Part shown: positions 17,571 through 25,644 of the stretch, piece after piece
Layout: each line of letters starts with the position of its first letter
Numbering within the stretch: the stretch's first letter is position 1
Translations under genes and position numbers: made by a program
Origin: Candidatus Izemoplasma acidinucleici
Lineage (GTDB): Bacteria > Bacillota_I > Bacilli_A > Izemoplasmatales > Izemoplasmataceae
Reading direction: 5' to 3'
Length of the DNA: 26,309 bases
NCBI GenBank assembly: GCA_004195325.1
Contig: SDWO01000054.1
Location: 1-26,309, forward strand
Notes under the pieces: model-generated
Told to the model about the DNA's origin: nothing
The model's database searches: none
Seen by the model: only the letters and a program-made list of their open reading frames with translations

Positions 17571-17599
17571 TAAAAAAGAAAGTAATACGTGTTACTTTC
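17571..17599 (-). terminator. Imperfect 10-bp-arm palindrome acting as terminator of the UPF0316 gene and/or TetR operator
   Basis: gaaagtaaTA-cg-TGttactttc has one mismatch. It overlaps the TAA stop of gene 17592..18113 and is followed on the minus strand by the T-run ttttttaaatat. It lies 45-65 nt upstream of the tetR ATG. Confidence 0.5.
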
Positions 17600-18113
17600 T
17601 AATTAATTTGTATCCACCATGGATTGGTTTTATATCGTTTATGGTAATAACAACGTTACTTTGAAACATTGTTATTAGCTTTACTGTTTCTTTAACTTTT
17701 TTACGTGGAACATGGATATAAAGAATCTCTCTTTTATCGAGCATTCCAGATGCTTCAACAGCTGTTACAGCGAACCCTTTTTCACGCAACAGTTTACTCA
17801 ACTGTTTTCCGTCTTCTTTTCGAACAATCGCTTCAACATTCGTTGTCCCGATTGCGAGTCTGTTTTCTAATTTACTTCCGGTGTAATTCCCAATGGAGAA
17901 TCCAAGTGCGTACACAATGATTTTAATTGGGTCTTCGGTAATGTTTGTTAAGACTGTTGACACTAAAATAACCCATAAGATAACTTCGAAGAACCCTATT
18001 ATTGCGCCCTTCAATCGTTCATCCTTTGTGATTAAGACGATTCTTAGGGTCGCCATACTCACTTCAATTGTTTTTAAAACTAAGATCAATACATATAGTA
18101 ATATATTTGGCAT
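17592..18113 (-). CDS. UPF0316-family membrane protein (YebE-like, DUF2179 C-terminal domain)
   Basis: The ORF-track start 18176 is a TTG with no SD. ATG 18113 (MPNILLYVLILV...) has a GGGAGG SD and gives 173 aa. It aligns by eye with B. subtilis YebE: 'LRIVLITKDERLKGAIIGFFEVILWV', 'ENRLAIGT' and a C-terminal 'HGGY' box. Confidence 0.7.
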   Translation of the reverse strand: MPNILLYVLILVLKTIEVSMATLRIVLITKDERLKGAIIGFFEVILWVILVSTVLTNITEDPIKIIVYALGFSIGNYTGSKLENRLAIGTTNVEAIVRKEDGKQLSKLLREKGFAVTAVEASGMLDKREILYIHVPRKKVKETVKLITMFQSNVVITINDIKPIHGGYKLIRK

Positions 18114-18212
18114 TATTCTAGCCTCCCATCTATCATTTTCAAGTGATAATATACGCCTGTTTTTAATAGATGTCAACTATAATAAAAATATTTATTTTTT
18201 AAAATGTTTTCA

Positions 18213-18247
18213 ATCAAAAAAGACCTAATTAATTAGGTCTTTATTTT
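18213..18247 (-). terminator. Rho-independent terminator (perfect 11-bp palindrome aagacctaatt/aattaggtctt)
   Basis: A-run on the plus strand gives a T-run on the minus strand, immediately downstream of gene 18259..18594. Confidence 0.75.
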
Positions 18248-18258
18248 ATATGATTTTA

Positions 18259-18594
18259 CTATAATCCTTTATCGAAAAACTCATCAAATATAAAGGCAAT
18301 TGCTAGTAGGGAAACTCCTAGTAATACTAGACTTAAACTTGCCCAGAATCCATTTACTAAAAAATTCGCTACAATTGTCGCAATCCCTAATATAATCAAG
18401 TAAAGCTGCAAGATATGATCCAAATGCTCTTGGATTAAATACCCTAAAAAGAATTGAATGATAATTGTGATTGCGTAAACAATAACCAAAACCCAGAATC
18501 CAAGGCCAATGATATGGAATAATAGAAATACTCCACTAACAATGTAAGATCCAACATAAGTTATCTTAAATATTTTATCCATTACATTATCCAT
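18259..18594 (-). CDS. Hypothetical 4-TM small membrane protein
   Basis: 111 aa. Strong SD AAGGAGG 6 nt upstream of ATG 18594. The ATG overlaps the 3' end of the AI-2E gene by 8 nt, indicating translational coupling. Confidence 0.65.
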   Translation of the reverse strand: MDNVMDKIFKITYVGSYIVSGVFLLFHIIGLGFWVLVIVYAITIIIQFFLGYLIQEHLDHILQLYLIILGIATIVANFLVNGFWASLSLVLLGVSLLAIAFIFDEFFDKGL

Positions 18595-19660
18595 TGTTTA
18601 CCTCCTTGTAGTAAAGCGCAGTTGCTTTGATAGTACCAGTTATCGGAATCGCTAAGATAACTCCTGTAATCCCAAATAATGCACCAAAGAAGATGAAACT
18701 AGATAATACCAATAATGGATGTAAGTTTACTTCTTTACCCATAATTAATGGTTGTATAACATTTCCTTGTAAGAACTGTAGTACTAGATTGATTGAAATC
18801 AATCCAATAAACGCATACTGTCCAAATAAAACACTACCGGTGATTGTAAAGCTATATAATACCGGTAATAGAATACCGACAAATCCACCAATATAAGGAA
18901 TGATATCTAAGAACCCTAATGTAAATCCAAAGAATATCGCTTTATCTAAACTAAATCCAAAGATTAATAATACAATAGTAAACAATAATCCTACGATAAA
19001 CATACTTAAGAATTTACCATTAAAGTATTTTTCAACTACATCGTTGGCTCTTATTGCTAATTCTCTAGCATGTTCTTTCTTAGTTCTTGGTAATACATTT
19101 AGTAATCCTGTAAAGATTGCATCTCGATCATTTAAGATAAAGACTAAGAATACAGGAACTAATACAATCGTAATTACAACACTAACGACACCTTTAAAGA
19201 TATCTTGAATAACTACTATATCAGCGTCTTTTCCCAATGTTTCAAGGGATGCTAATATTTTATCTAATACACCTTGCAAGAAGGCGTTTTCTTCAATATA
19301 TGATCTAATACTAACAACGATTGATTCCCAATCTGTGTCCATAAACTCTCTTGCTTGTGTATAGATGATGTCTCCTATTGTATAAAACAATAATGTAAGA
19401 CCTAATATAAACACAGCAATAACAATGGTTACATTGATCCATTGCTTTGTGATTTTTGCTTTTGTCTTTAATAATTTCATTAGCGGTGCTAATAAATAAC
19501 TAATAAACAAGGCAATCCCAAATGGTAACAAAATCGCGTTAATAGCTTAAAATAGTAATGAGATCTGTTTCCCAAATAAATCATTTAAATAATACAAACT
19601 GATTAGTGTTAATGCTACTATTCCTAAGTTCTGTAGCCATATTACTCTTTTCGATTTCAT
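18587..19660 (-). pseudogene. AI-2E family transporter (UPF0118/PerM-like) interrupted by an in-frame TAA at codon 38
   Basis: ATG 19660 overlaps the hydrolase TGA stop (ATGA). It encodes MKSKRVIWLQNLGIVALTLISLYYLNDLFGKQISLLF (TM1), then TAA at 19547-19549. The same frame continues AINAIL-LPFGIALFISYLLAPLMKLLK... for 314 more codons, with AI-2E hallmarks including 'IPYIGG'. The ORF track shows only the distal 314-aa piece, starting at a TTG. Confidence 0.7.
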
Positions 19661-20580
19661 AATGCTCCCCCTATAAATGTAAGTATATCGTTAAAGACTT
19701 CTTCTTTATTTAATTCTTGAAGGGAATCATGTCTTCCTTCATGATATATTATTAATTTTGATCTGAATCCCGCTTCTAAATATCTCTCGTGAAGCTCCAT
19801 AGTCGCTTCACCAAAGTCTGTCGCCGGATCGTGACTTCCCGATAATAACATAATTGGAACATCAATATGTGAATTTAATATGTTATTTAAGTTATTAATC
19901 TTCTTAATCGCTTTTAACATATCAACAAAGACACTAGTACTTAGTCTAATAAATAGATATTTGTCTTCTTTGTTAATCTCTGTATATTCTTTATCTCTAG
20001 TTAACCACTCAATAAAGTGATCTATCTCTACTTTTTCATTTAGTTTAAGCTGTGTTTGTCTAAACATGTTGTCAAACATGTTTGATGGTTTCTTAGGTTT
20101 GAATAGTTTTACTAGATTCCCAATAAATAACCCCAGGCCTAATCCTTTCAGATTACTATATCCTCCACCGTTTAAGATAATACGTGTATATTCATTCTCA
20201 AACTCAATTAGATACAATCTAATAATCATACTACCAAGACTATGTCCAAACAGATAGATTGGCATATCCGGAAAGTCTTCCTTAATACGTTCTCTAACAG
20301 TGTTTAACCCGTCGACTAATACATTGGCTCCGTTTCTGCCAAAATAAACAGTGCGGAGAGCATTATCTGCATAAGTACGTGTTTTACCTTGTGATACATG
20401 ATCATGTATATAAACGATATATCCATTCTCATTTAAAAAGGCAGCAAAGTCAGTATATCTTAGACCGTGCTCGTTTATCCCATGTACTAGTTGGACAATT
20501 CCTTTTATTTCACGGACATTGTCAAACATGTAAGTATGTAGTTTGTTACCATGTGAATCTATTACCTTGAACTCTTTCAT
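19657..20580 (-). CDS. Alpha/beta hydrolase, lysophospholipase/monoacylglycerol-lipase-like (Hydrolase_4 type)
   Basis: 307 aa. 'VQLVHGINEHGLRY' is an HG oxyanion motif. 'LFGHSLGSMI' is the GxSxG nucleophile elbow. C-terminal 'DPATD' and 'GRHD' are candidate Asp and His triad residues. GGTGA SD; ATG at 20580, directly abutting the GNAT stop. Confidence 0.8.
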   Translation of the reverse strand: MKEFKVIDSHGNKLHTYMFDNVREIKGIVQLVHGINEHGLRYTDFAAFLNENGYIVYIHDHVSQGKTRTYADNALRTVYFGRNGANVLVDGLNTVRERIKEDFPDMPIYLFGHSLGSMIIRLYLIEFENEYTRIILNGGGYSNLKGLGLGLFIGNLVKLFKPKKPSNMFDNMFRQTQLKLNEKVEIDHFIEWLTRDKEYTEINKEDKYLFIRLSTSVFVDMLKAIKKINNLNNILNSHIDVPIMLLSGSHDPATDFGEATMELHERYLEAGFRSKLIIYHEGRHDSLQELNKEEVFNDILTFIGGAL

Positions 20581-21027
20581 TTAATCACCGACTATATTCA
20601 TTATATAATGTTTTATTGTACTAACTTCTTTAAACCCAATTGATTTATGAAAGATTTGACTCATCACGTTTTCAACTTCGGTATCACTACCTATTTGGTT
20701 TAATCCAAGTTGTTTAAAATACTTTATGCTTTCTTGTATTAGCTTATATGCTATTTGATTACGTCTGAATGGTTCACATACATAGATGCCTTCAATGTAT
20801 CCAACACCTAAACTGTCACATCCTTCAACATAATCATTACGGATTGACGTATTAACAAACCCAACTGCTTTATCGTCTTTAATACTAATAAATAAGAATA
20901 TCATTTCTTTGCTTAAGTAGTGATCTTGTATGATTTTATTTAAGTCTTTTTCTTTGATATCAGTCCATAGTTTACGGACTAATGATTTATAATCTTGTTC
21001 ATACTTCTTTTCTAATTCAATAATCAT
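20581..21027 (-). CDS. GNAT-family N-acetyltransferase, AAC(6')-I-like (putative aminoglycoside 6'-N-acetyltransferase)
   Basis: 148 aa. 'GVGYIEGIYVCEPFRRNQIAYKLIQESIKYFKQLGLNQIGSDTEVENVMSQIFHKSIGFKEV' resembles the GYLEGWYV...R.GIG..L...AE.WA...GC.E.ASDT...N..S...H.ALGF.E core of AAC(6')-I enzymes. GAGGTGA SD; ATG at 21027. Confidence 0.6.
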   Translation of the reverse strand: MIIELEKKYEQDYKSLVRKLWTDIKEKDLNKIIQDHYLSKEMIFLFISIKDDKAVGFVNTSIRNDYVEGCDSLGVGYIEGIYVCEPFRRNQIAYKLIQESIKYFKQLGLNQIGSDTEVENVMSQIFHKSIGFKEVSTIKHYIMNIVGD

Positions 21028-21039
21028 AGTATCACCTCG

Positions 21040-21075
21040 AATCTATTATAACATATTGGGTTTGTCTTGAATAAA
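21040..21075 (-). promoter_or_regulatory. Putative promoter of the GNAT-hydrolase-AI-2E operon (extended -10 TGTTATAAT)
   Basis: Minus-strand reading ttTATTCAagacaaacccaataTGTTATAATagattcGAGGTGAtactATG. An 8-bp-stem hairpin (aaagtatt...aatacttt, 21074-21098) lies just upstream. Confidence 0.35.
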
Positions 21076-21306
21076 GTATTTTCTTTCAGAATACTTTATT
21101 TTTATTAAATAAAAGAACCACAAATATGATGTGATTCTGAATTATTGTTTTATCTTCTTTCCATCCAGGTTAATACAGTTTTTGGTTGTTATTGTAATTA
21201 AGTTTGATAGATTAGAGACCGATGGCTTAGAAGGTCTTTTTACTATTCGTTAAAAGCCAATTCAAATTTATTGTTTTACTACAACTAACTTTATCCCCTT
21301 TTCAAT

Positions 21307-22026
21307 CTAATCTGTTGTAAATGAAACTTCAGATAAATGAGAATTGTCTTGGGTAAATCCTGATTCATATATCACAGCAAACACAAGTGTATATGTGGTA
21401 TTTGATGTTAAGTTACTAAAAACAAGATCATGATCTACTTTAGTTATCAGGTTTCTACTTCCCCAGTTTGTATACTCTCCAATTTTTTCTTCTCCTTCAT
21501 ACAAGAAGACTCCATAAGTTACGACATAATAATCATAACTTAATAATTCAATATCATATATAACAAAAGAATCACCAACACGAACATTGTCAATTAGTCC
21601 TGAAACATCTCTTGGTGCAAACGCATAGGTAGCAAATTCTGTGTATGCTATTCTAACGTTATGATTTTCACCATCAATCATAATATCTCCGGTGATAACT
21701 GCAATATATTCGGTACTAGGATCTAAAGCTCGAAACTGGATTTCATCCAGTGAATTTAACGTATTTGCCTCGCCACTAAAAGCAGAACCAATTAATTCCC
21801 AGTCTCTTGTGTAAACTTGGAAACGTATGTTCCGAAGTTCCCGATTATCATCCGTTATAGATGCTTGGAAACTTACAGTTCCCCTGTGAATATCAGTTAC
21901 ATTTAGACTTCCTTCAATTCCATAATTTATCGAATCAATGCAAAAAGACTCATAACAAACCTCTTCCATTTGTTGATTACAGCCAACTAATAAAAATAAC
22001 ATAGATAGTATTAACATTTTCCTCAT
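21307..22026 (-). CDS. Lipoprotein with two fibronectin-III/Ig-like beta-sandwich repeats
   Basis: 239 aa. Signal peptide with lipobox 'MRKMLILSMLFLLVG-C'. FN3-like strand patterns 'PSTEYIAVITGDI' and 'TSNTTYTLVFAVIYESG...VSFTT'. AGGAAGGGTGA SD; ATG at 22026. Confidence 0.6.
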   Translation of the reverse strand: MRKMLILSMLFLLVGCNQQMEEVCYESFCIDSINYGIEGSLNVTDIHRGTVSFQASITDDNRELRNIRFQVYTRDWELIGSAFSGEANTLNSLDEIQFRALDPSTEYIAVITGDIMIDGENHNVRIAYTEFATYAFAPRDVSGLIDNVRVGDSFVIYDIELLSYDYYVVTYGVFLYEGEEKIGEYTNWGSRNLITKVDHDLVFSNLTSNTTYTLVFAVIYESGFTQDNSHLSEVSFTTD

Positions 22027-22035
22027 ATTATCACC

Positions 22036-22060
22036 CTTCCTTATATCATTATATCACAAT
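22036..22060 (-). promoter_or_regulatory. Putative promoter of the FN3-like lipoprotein gene (extended -10 TGTGATATAAT)
   Basis: Minus-strand reading ggtcttacatTGTGATATAATgatataAGGAAGGGTGAtaatATG. The same 15-mer ATTGTGATATAATGA occurs at the EAL-gene promoter (11924-11938). Confidence 0.35.
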
Positions 22061-22154
22061 GTAAGACCGGTGTTACACTGCAACCTATAACTTTGAAGCT
22101 TTCAATCACCGAGTAAGACCCTTCCCTTATAGAAGCCCTTATAACTATTTAGTA

Positions 22155-22364
22155 TTAACGTCCTGGACCAAAGTAGAATCCTTCAGTATTTAACACAGTA
22201 TAAATAGTAAATAGAATTATTGCAAAAACAATTCCCGATAACGCTCCTCCAATAAATCCACCCTTCATTTGACTTTTATTGTAAAATCCAGAACTGTATC
22301 CACCAAGGACTATCCCTATAATTGAAAAGACTGTTACTGAAATTCCTGTTATTACCCAAAACAT
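22155..22364 (-). CDS. Hypothetical Gly-zipper mini membrane protein (2 TM, 69 aa)
   Basis: AGAGGAG SD; ATG at 22364. The sequence contains GxxxG-like repeats: 'GISVTVFSIIGIVLGGYSSG' and 'GGFIGGALSGIVFAIILF'. Confidence 0.5.
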   Translation of the reverse strand: MFWVITGISVTVFSIIGIVLGGYSSGFYNKSQMKGGFIGGALSGIVFAIILFTIYTVLNTEGFYFGPGR

Positions 22365-22575
22365 TCAACCACTCCTCTTTTATACTTAATTATATAGAAT
22401 TAAAGATTATATTCAATGACGTTTATGTCTAGTTCTTAGATACAGGTAAATCAAAAGAGTATAGAATTTAAATGGTTAGTTTACTTCTCTATCACTTTTA
22501 GTAAGGTTTGGTAGGAACGACAACATGACATAGGACATGAAACTCTCTTGTTTATCACTACCTACTAATCACTGA

Positions 22576-22612
22576 GAAAAATAAAAAGAGACAAATTCGT
22601 CTCTTCTTTTTG
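22576..22612. terminator. Bidirectional rho-independent terminator downstream of the LRR lipoprotein gene
   Basis: The sequence gagaaaaataaaaagagac-aaattc-gtctcttctttttg combines an A-run, a 7-bp stem and a T-run. Confidence 0.7.
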
Positions 22613-22617
22613 ATTTA

Positions 22618-23349
22618 CTATGATGGATCAATTATCACCAATAGATCAATGATCAAATCATAACTAACTATATAGGCGTAATTAGTCAAAAAATCAATGT
22701 AATAATCATAATCCGATTGATACAAGTATATATTTTCAAGTTCCATCATGCTCATTGAATATATTAAGTTATCCATGTGTTCTACTCTGGTACCTTCTGG
22801 TATAGTTAAATTTTTTATTGCACCATAGGTATTGAAACTAAAATCTATGCTTGTAGTACCAGCATATAATTCATAGTCAATTTGATTTCCTAATTGTATT
22901 TCCTCTAAGTGGTATCCAGATTCAGTTTTTACATATATTCCATTTCGATACGAAAGGTTATAATCATTATCGGTACTTATTATTACACTTGTAAGATTTG
23001 GAGCACCTCTAAAATCTCCACTACCTATAGATATTACGCTTTCAGGTATTATAATCACTTCTACAAATTCGTTGTGGACAATATAATCTTCTATTAGAAA
23101 ATCGTTATTAATTATAATAACTGGAAGACCATTAATTTTATTAGGAATTTCTACTATTTGATCTGTTCCTAAATACTTATCGATTTTTATCCCTGACACT
23201 ATTTCCTCTGATAATGGATCCTCCATCTCATATTCAGAAAATATAAAAACACCTGAATAATCAATATACTCTACTTTTTCATCGTTACTACATCCTGATA
23301 AAACAAATGACATAGTTGCTATCATTAAAAATAAAATTACTTTCTTCAT
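22618..23349 (-). CDS. Lipoprotein with BspA-type leucine-rich repeats
   Basis: The ORF-track start 23391 is a TTG. ATG 23349 (MKKVILFLMIATMSFVLSG-C) has a GGAGGGG SD and a lipobox, giving 243 aa. 'IPESVISIGSGDFRGAPNLTSVIIS' and 'IKNLTIPEGT' match the BspA-like LRR consensus IP.sVtsIG..aF.gc.sLtsi.i. Confidence 0.6.
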   Translation of the reverse strand: MKKVILFLMIATMSFVLSGCSNDEKVEYIDYSGVFIFSEYEMEDPLSEEIVSGIKIDKYLGTDQIVEIPNKINGLPVIIINNDFLIEDYIVHNEFVEVIIIPESVISIGSGDFRGAPNLTSVIISTDNDYNLSYRNGIYVKTESGYHLEEIQLGNQIDYELYAGTTSIDFSFNTYGAIKNLTIPEGTRVEHMDNLIYSMSMMELENIYLYQSDYDYYIDFLTNYAYIVSYDLIIDLLVIIDPS

Positions 23350-23597
23350 TTGCACCCCTCCATATTTGGTATTTAAAAAGTGATTTTTCAATTACTCATA
23401 CTTCATTATACCATATAATCATATCTTTTTAGAGTGCTATCAAATAGTATCCACGGTGAGCAAAAAGAACTTTTAAGGATCAATCTTGCCTAGATTTCAT
23501 GTAAGTATTTTCGGAAGAAATCGACCACGATTAACGTCTTAGAAGGTTTCATGAACAATATTTATCATGATATTTGGATTTTCAATTCAAAATTGCA

Positions 23598-23628
23598 ACA
23601 AAAAAGAGACAAAAGGTCTCTTTTTATT
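23598..23628. terminator. Bidirectional rho-independent terminator downstream of the DUF4386 operon
   Basis: The sequence caaaaaagagac-aaaag-gtctctttttatt is flanked by an A-run and a T-run. The stem sequence is nearly identical to that of the terminator at 22576-22612. Confidence 0.7.
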
Positions 23629-23702
23629 ATACAGCACGTAGTTGTACGGTTCTATGTATCATTTATAGTTATCAATATGTTATATCCAGGTTTTTGTTCC
23701 GT

Positions 23703-24416
23703 TTATAATAAAACAGTTTCTGAAGCAAAATCAATTTTCACTTTTGAAGTATTAATACCTTTAATCAAAAGCCACAGAAGAATTATCGCTTCTCCTAAAC
23801 TGTGAGGTATCAAAAGGATTATGTTGATTGTAGGATAACCAGGAAATAGGAAGTAGACAAAAACATTGATCAACAAACCAAAACCTCCAACTATCAATAA
23901 AATTCCCAGAGCCTTCGGTAGAAAATCTGACTTGTAAACTAAAAGCCCGAGAGGTACAAGCCATAAGGCAAAGAATATATTGGCTATTTCATAGCCATGT
24001 AAGTATAAATCATAAGATAGCATTGCCTTAGCCTGTAACTGGACCTCACTAAAGACATTTAAGTACTCTGCATTGCTTAACAAATATAAGGATGTAAACT
24101 CATTTAAAAGGTTGATCATGTTTATAGATGTACCTAATACAACGAAAATTACCATGATCATAGCCAGGTTTTTATTAACCGTACTAAGTAACTTGTATAA
24201 AGCTAAAGGTAACAACACGAAGCTAATCATCATGATTAAATCGCTTGCAAATCCGATACGGAATAAAAATTCATTTTCCATAATATTATTTGCGGTACCT
24301 ACCATGTCATCAACTACAAATATTTTTCCACGAATAATCTGGGCTATGGGACCAAAGATAAACATCAGCAGCCATAAGAATCCTGCTAATCTTGCTGTTT
24401 TTTTGTTAGGAATCAT
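23703..24416 (-). CDS. DUF4386-like polytopic membrane protein
   Basis: 237 aa with about 6 TM helices. The N-terminus 'KKTARLAGFLWLLMFIFGPIAQ' is, from memory, typical of DUF4386. AAAGGAGAAA SD. The ATG overlaps the dehydrogenase stop by 11 nt. Confidence 0.5.
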   Translation of the reverse strand: MIPNKKTARLAGFLWLLMFIFGPIAQIIRGKIFVVDDMVGTANNIMENEFLFRIGFASDLIMMISFVLLPLALYKLLSTVNKNLAMIMVIFVVLGTSINMINLLNEFTSLYLLSNAEYLNVFSEVQLQAKAMLSYDLYLHGYEIANIFFALWLVPLGLLVYKSDFLPKALGILLIVGGFGLLINVFVYFLFPGYPTINIILLIPHSLGEAIILLWLLIKGINTSKVKIDFASETVLL

Positions 24417-25404
24417 TTTTTTCTCCTTTTTGCTTCATACTAATTAATACATTTCCTTTTTTATGTCCGCCTTCAACATATTTTTGTGCTTTGATATTAT
24501 CTTCCAAAGAAAACTCTTTGTCCATTAATGGTTTGATATTCTCAGTAATTAACAACTCTTCAAGAAATTCTAAATCTTGATGTTTTTGATGTGGTTTTCT
24601 AAGTCCTGTTGCAGCAAATAGATCTTTCTTACCTTTTTGTTTTTTCTTGAATACCGCTTTTAACATCGTTGATAAGACAGGTACTGTTCTTAGATATCTT
24701 CCTTCTTTAGAAAGGATATTTTTACAATCACCAAAGCTTGACTTTCCAACTGCGTCAAAGATGATATCATATTCTTTATCCAACTTCGTGTAGTCTACCA
24801 TCGTATAATCGATAACATCGTCACAACCTAATGTTTTTACTAACTCTATATTAGTAGTACTGCAAACTCCAGTAACATTAGCTTGGAAATGTTTAGCTAG
24901 TAATACACCAAATGATCCAACAGATCCAGAAGCACCAATAACTAGTACCTCTTGTCCTTGTTTAATCTCACCCTTGTCTCTTAAGAATGGTAACGCTGTG
25001 ATACCACCATCTAGTAATGTAATAATATGTTTTGATTCTATTTTATCAGGAATCTTTCTTATAACAGTAGTGTCTTTCACACAGCTATATTCCGCATATG
25101 ATCCTAGTTTCATTCCATTTGATCCATATACTCTATCACCTACGTTGAAATCTTCAACATTAGATCCTAACTCCTCAATAACACCAGCATACATTTCTCC
25201 ATGAACACTAACGCGTGGTTTAAATAAACCTGAGAACAGTCTAGCAATCCATGGCTTTCCTGTTCTAAATGCACAATCTGATGGTGACACAAGTGCGTAT
25301 TCTATTTTTACTAAAATTTCATTTTCTTTAGGGGTTGGTTTTGCGATATCTTTCATTACAATAATATCTGGTGTCCCATATTTTGGACATATACTAGCTT
25401 TCAT
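24406..25404 (-). CDS. Zinc-independent medium-chain dehydrogenase/reductase (quinone oxidoreductase-like, NAD(P)H-dependent)
   Basis: 332 aa. It has a GroES-like N-terminal domain ('ENEILVKIEYALVSPSDCAFRTG') and a Rossmann motif ('VLVIGASGSVGSFGVLLAK'). AAGGAGAAA SD. ATG 25404 overlaps the XRE gene stop by 11 nt. Confidence 0.8.
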   Translation of the reverse strand: MKASICPKYGTPDIIVMKDIAKPTPKENEILVKIEYALVSPSDCAFRTGKPWIARLFSGLFKPRVSVHGEMYAGVIEELGSNVEDFNVGDRVYGSNGMKLGSYAEYSCVKDTTVIRKIPDKIESKHIITLLDGGITALPFLRDKGEIKQGQEVLVIGASGSVGSFGVLLAKHFQANVTGVCSTTNIELVKTLGCDDVIDYTMVDYTKLDKEYDIIFDAVGKSSFGDCKNILSKEGRYLRTVPVLSTMLKAVFKKKQKGKKDLFAATGLRKPHQKHQDLEFLEELLITENIKPLMDKEFSLEDNIKAQKYVEGGHKKGNVLISMKQKGEKNDS

Positions 25405-25642
25405 GATTTTTCTCCTTATTTACTCCATCCTTTGCCTCGACAAAGAAGAGTTGATCGATTGGGGTATTAAAAACGATTGATAATCTAAAACACAGCTCTA
25501 ATGTAGGTGAGTAATGCCCTTTTTCAATTGCTACGATTGTTTGACGTGCAACTCCTACTGCTTGTGCTAATTCCTTTTGCGTCATCTCATCATTTAAAAA
25601 CCGATGTTTTCTTACATGATTTTCAATTCTGAGTTTTTTCAT
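25394..25642 (-). CDS. XRE-family helix-turn-helix transcriptional regulator (YozG-like)
   Basis: 82 aa. 'MTQKELAQAVGVARQTIVAIEKGHYSPTLELCFRLSIVFNTPIDQLF' is a canonical HTH_XRE. AGAGGTG SD. Starts 2 nt after the DUF2975 gene. Confidence 0.85.
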   Translation of the reverse strand: MKKLRIENHVRKHRFLNDEMTQKELAQAVGVARQTIVAIEKGHYSPTLELCFRLSIVFNTPIDQLFFVEAKDGVNKEKNHES

Positions 25643-25644
25643 TG

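Noticed and set aside
19547-19549. The in-frame TAA in the AI-2E gene as programmed recoding or stop-codon readthrough
   Set aside because: TAA is not a known reassigned or selenocysteine/pyrrolysine codon, and TGA and TAA are used as normal stops elsewhere in the window. There is no recoding context, so pseudogene or sequencing error is more parsimonious.
22062-22122. Direct 8-bp repeats GTAAGACC (x2, ~52 bp apart) between the lipoprotein gene and the Gly-zipper gene
   Set aside because: The repeats are too short and too few to separate from chance. They are noted only as a possible regulator half-site pair.
22576-23628. Two near-identical hairpin cores (aaaagagac...gtctctt) that might suggest a repeat array or CRISPR
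   Set aside because: There are only two copies, about 1 kb apart. Each is flanked by A-run and T-run as a classic intrinsic terminator, and they have different loops. There are no spacers and no cas genes.
23551-23805. 84-aa plus-strand ORF
   Set aside because: It spans the bidirectional terminator hairpin at 23598-23628 and runs antisense into the 3' end of the DUF4386 gene. It has no SD.
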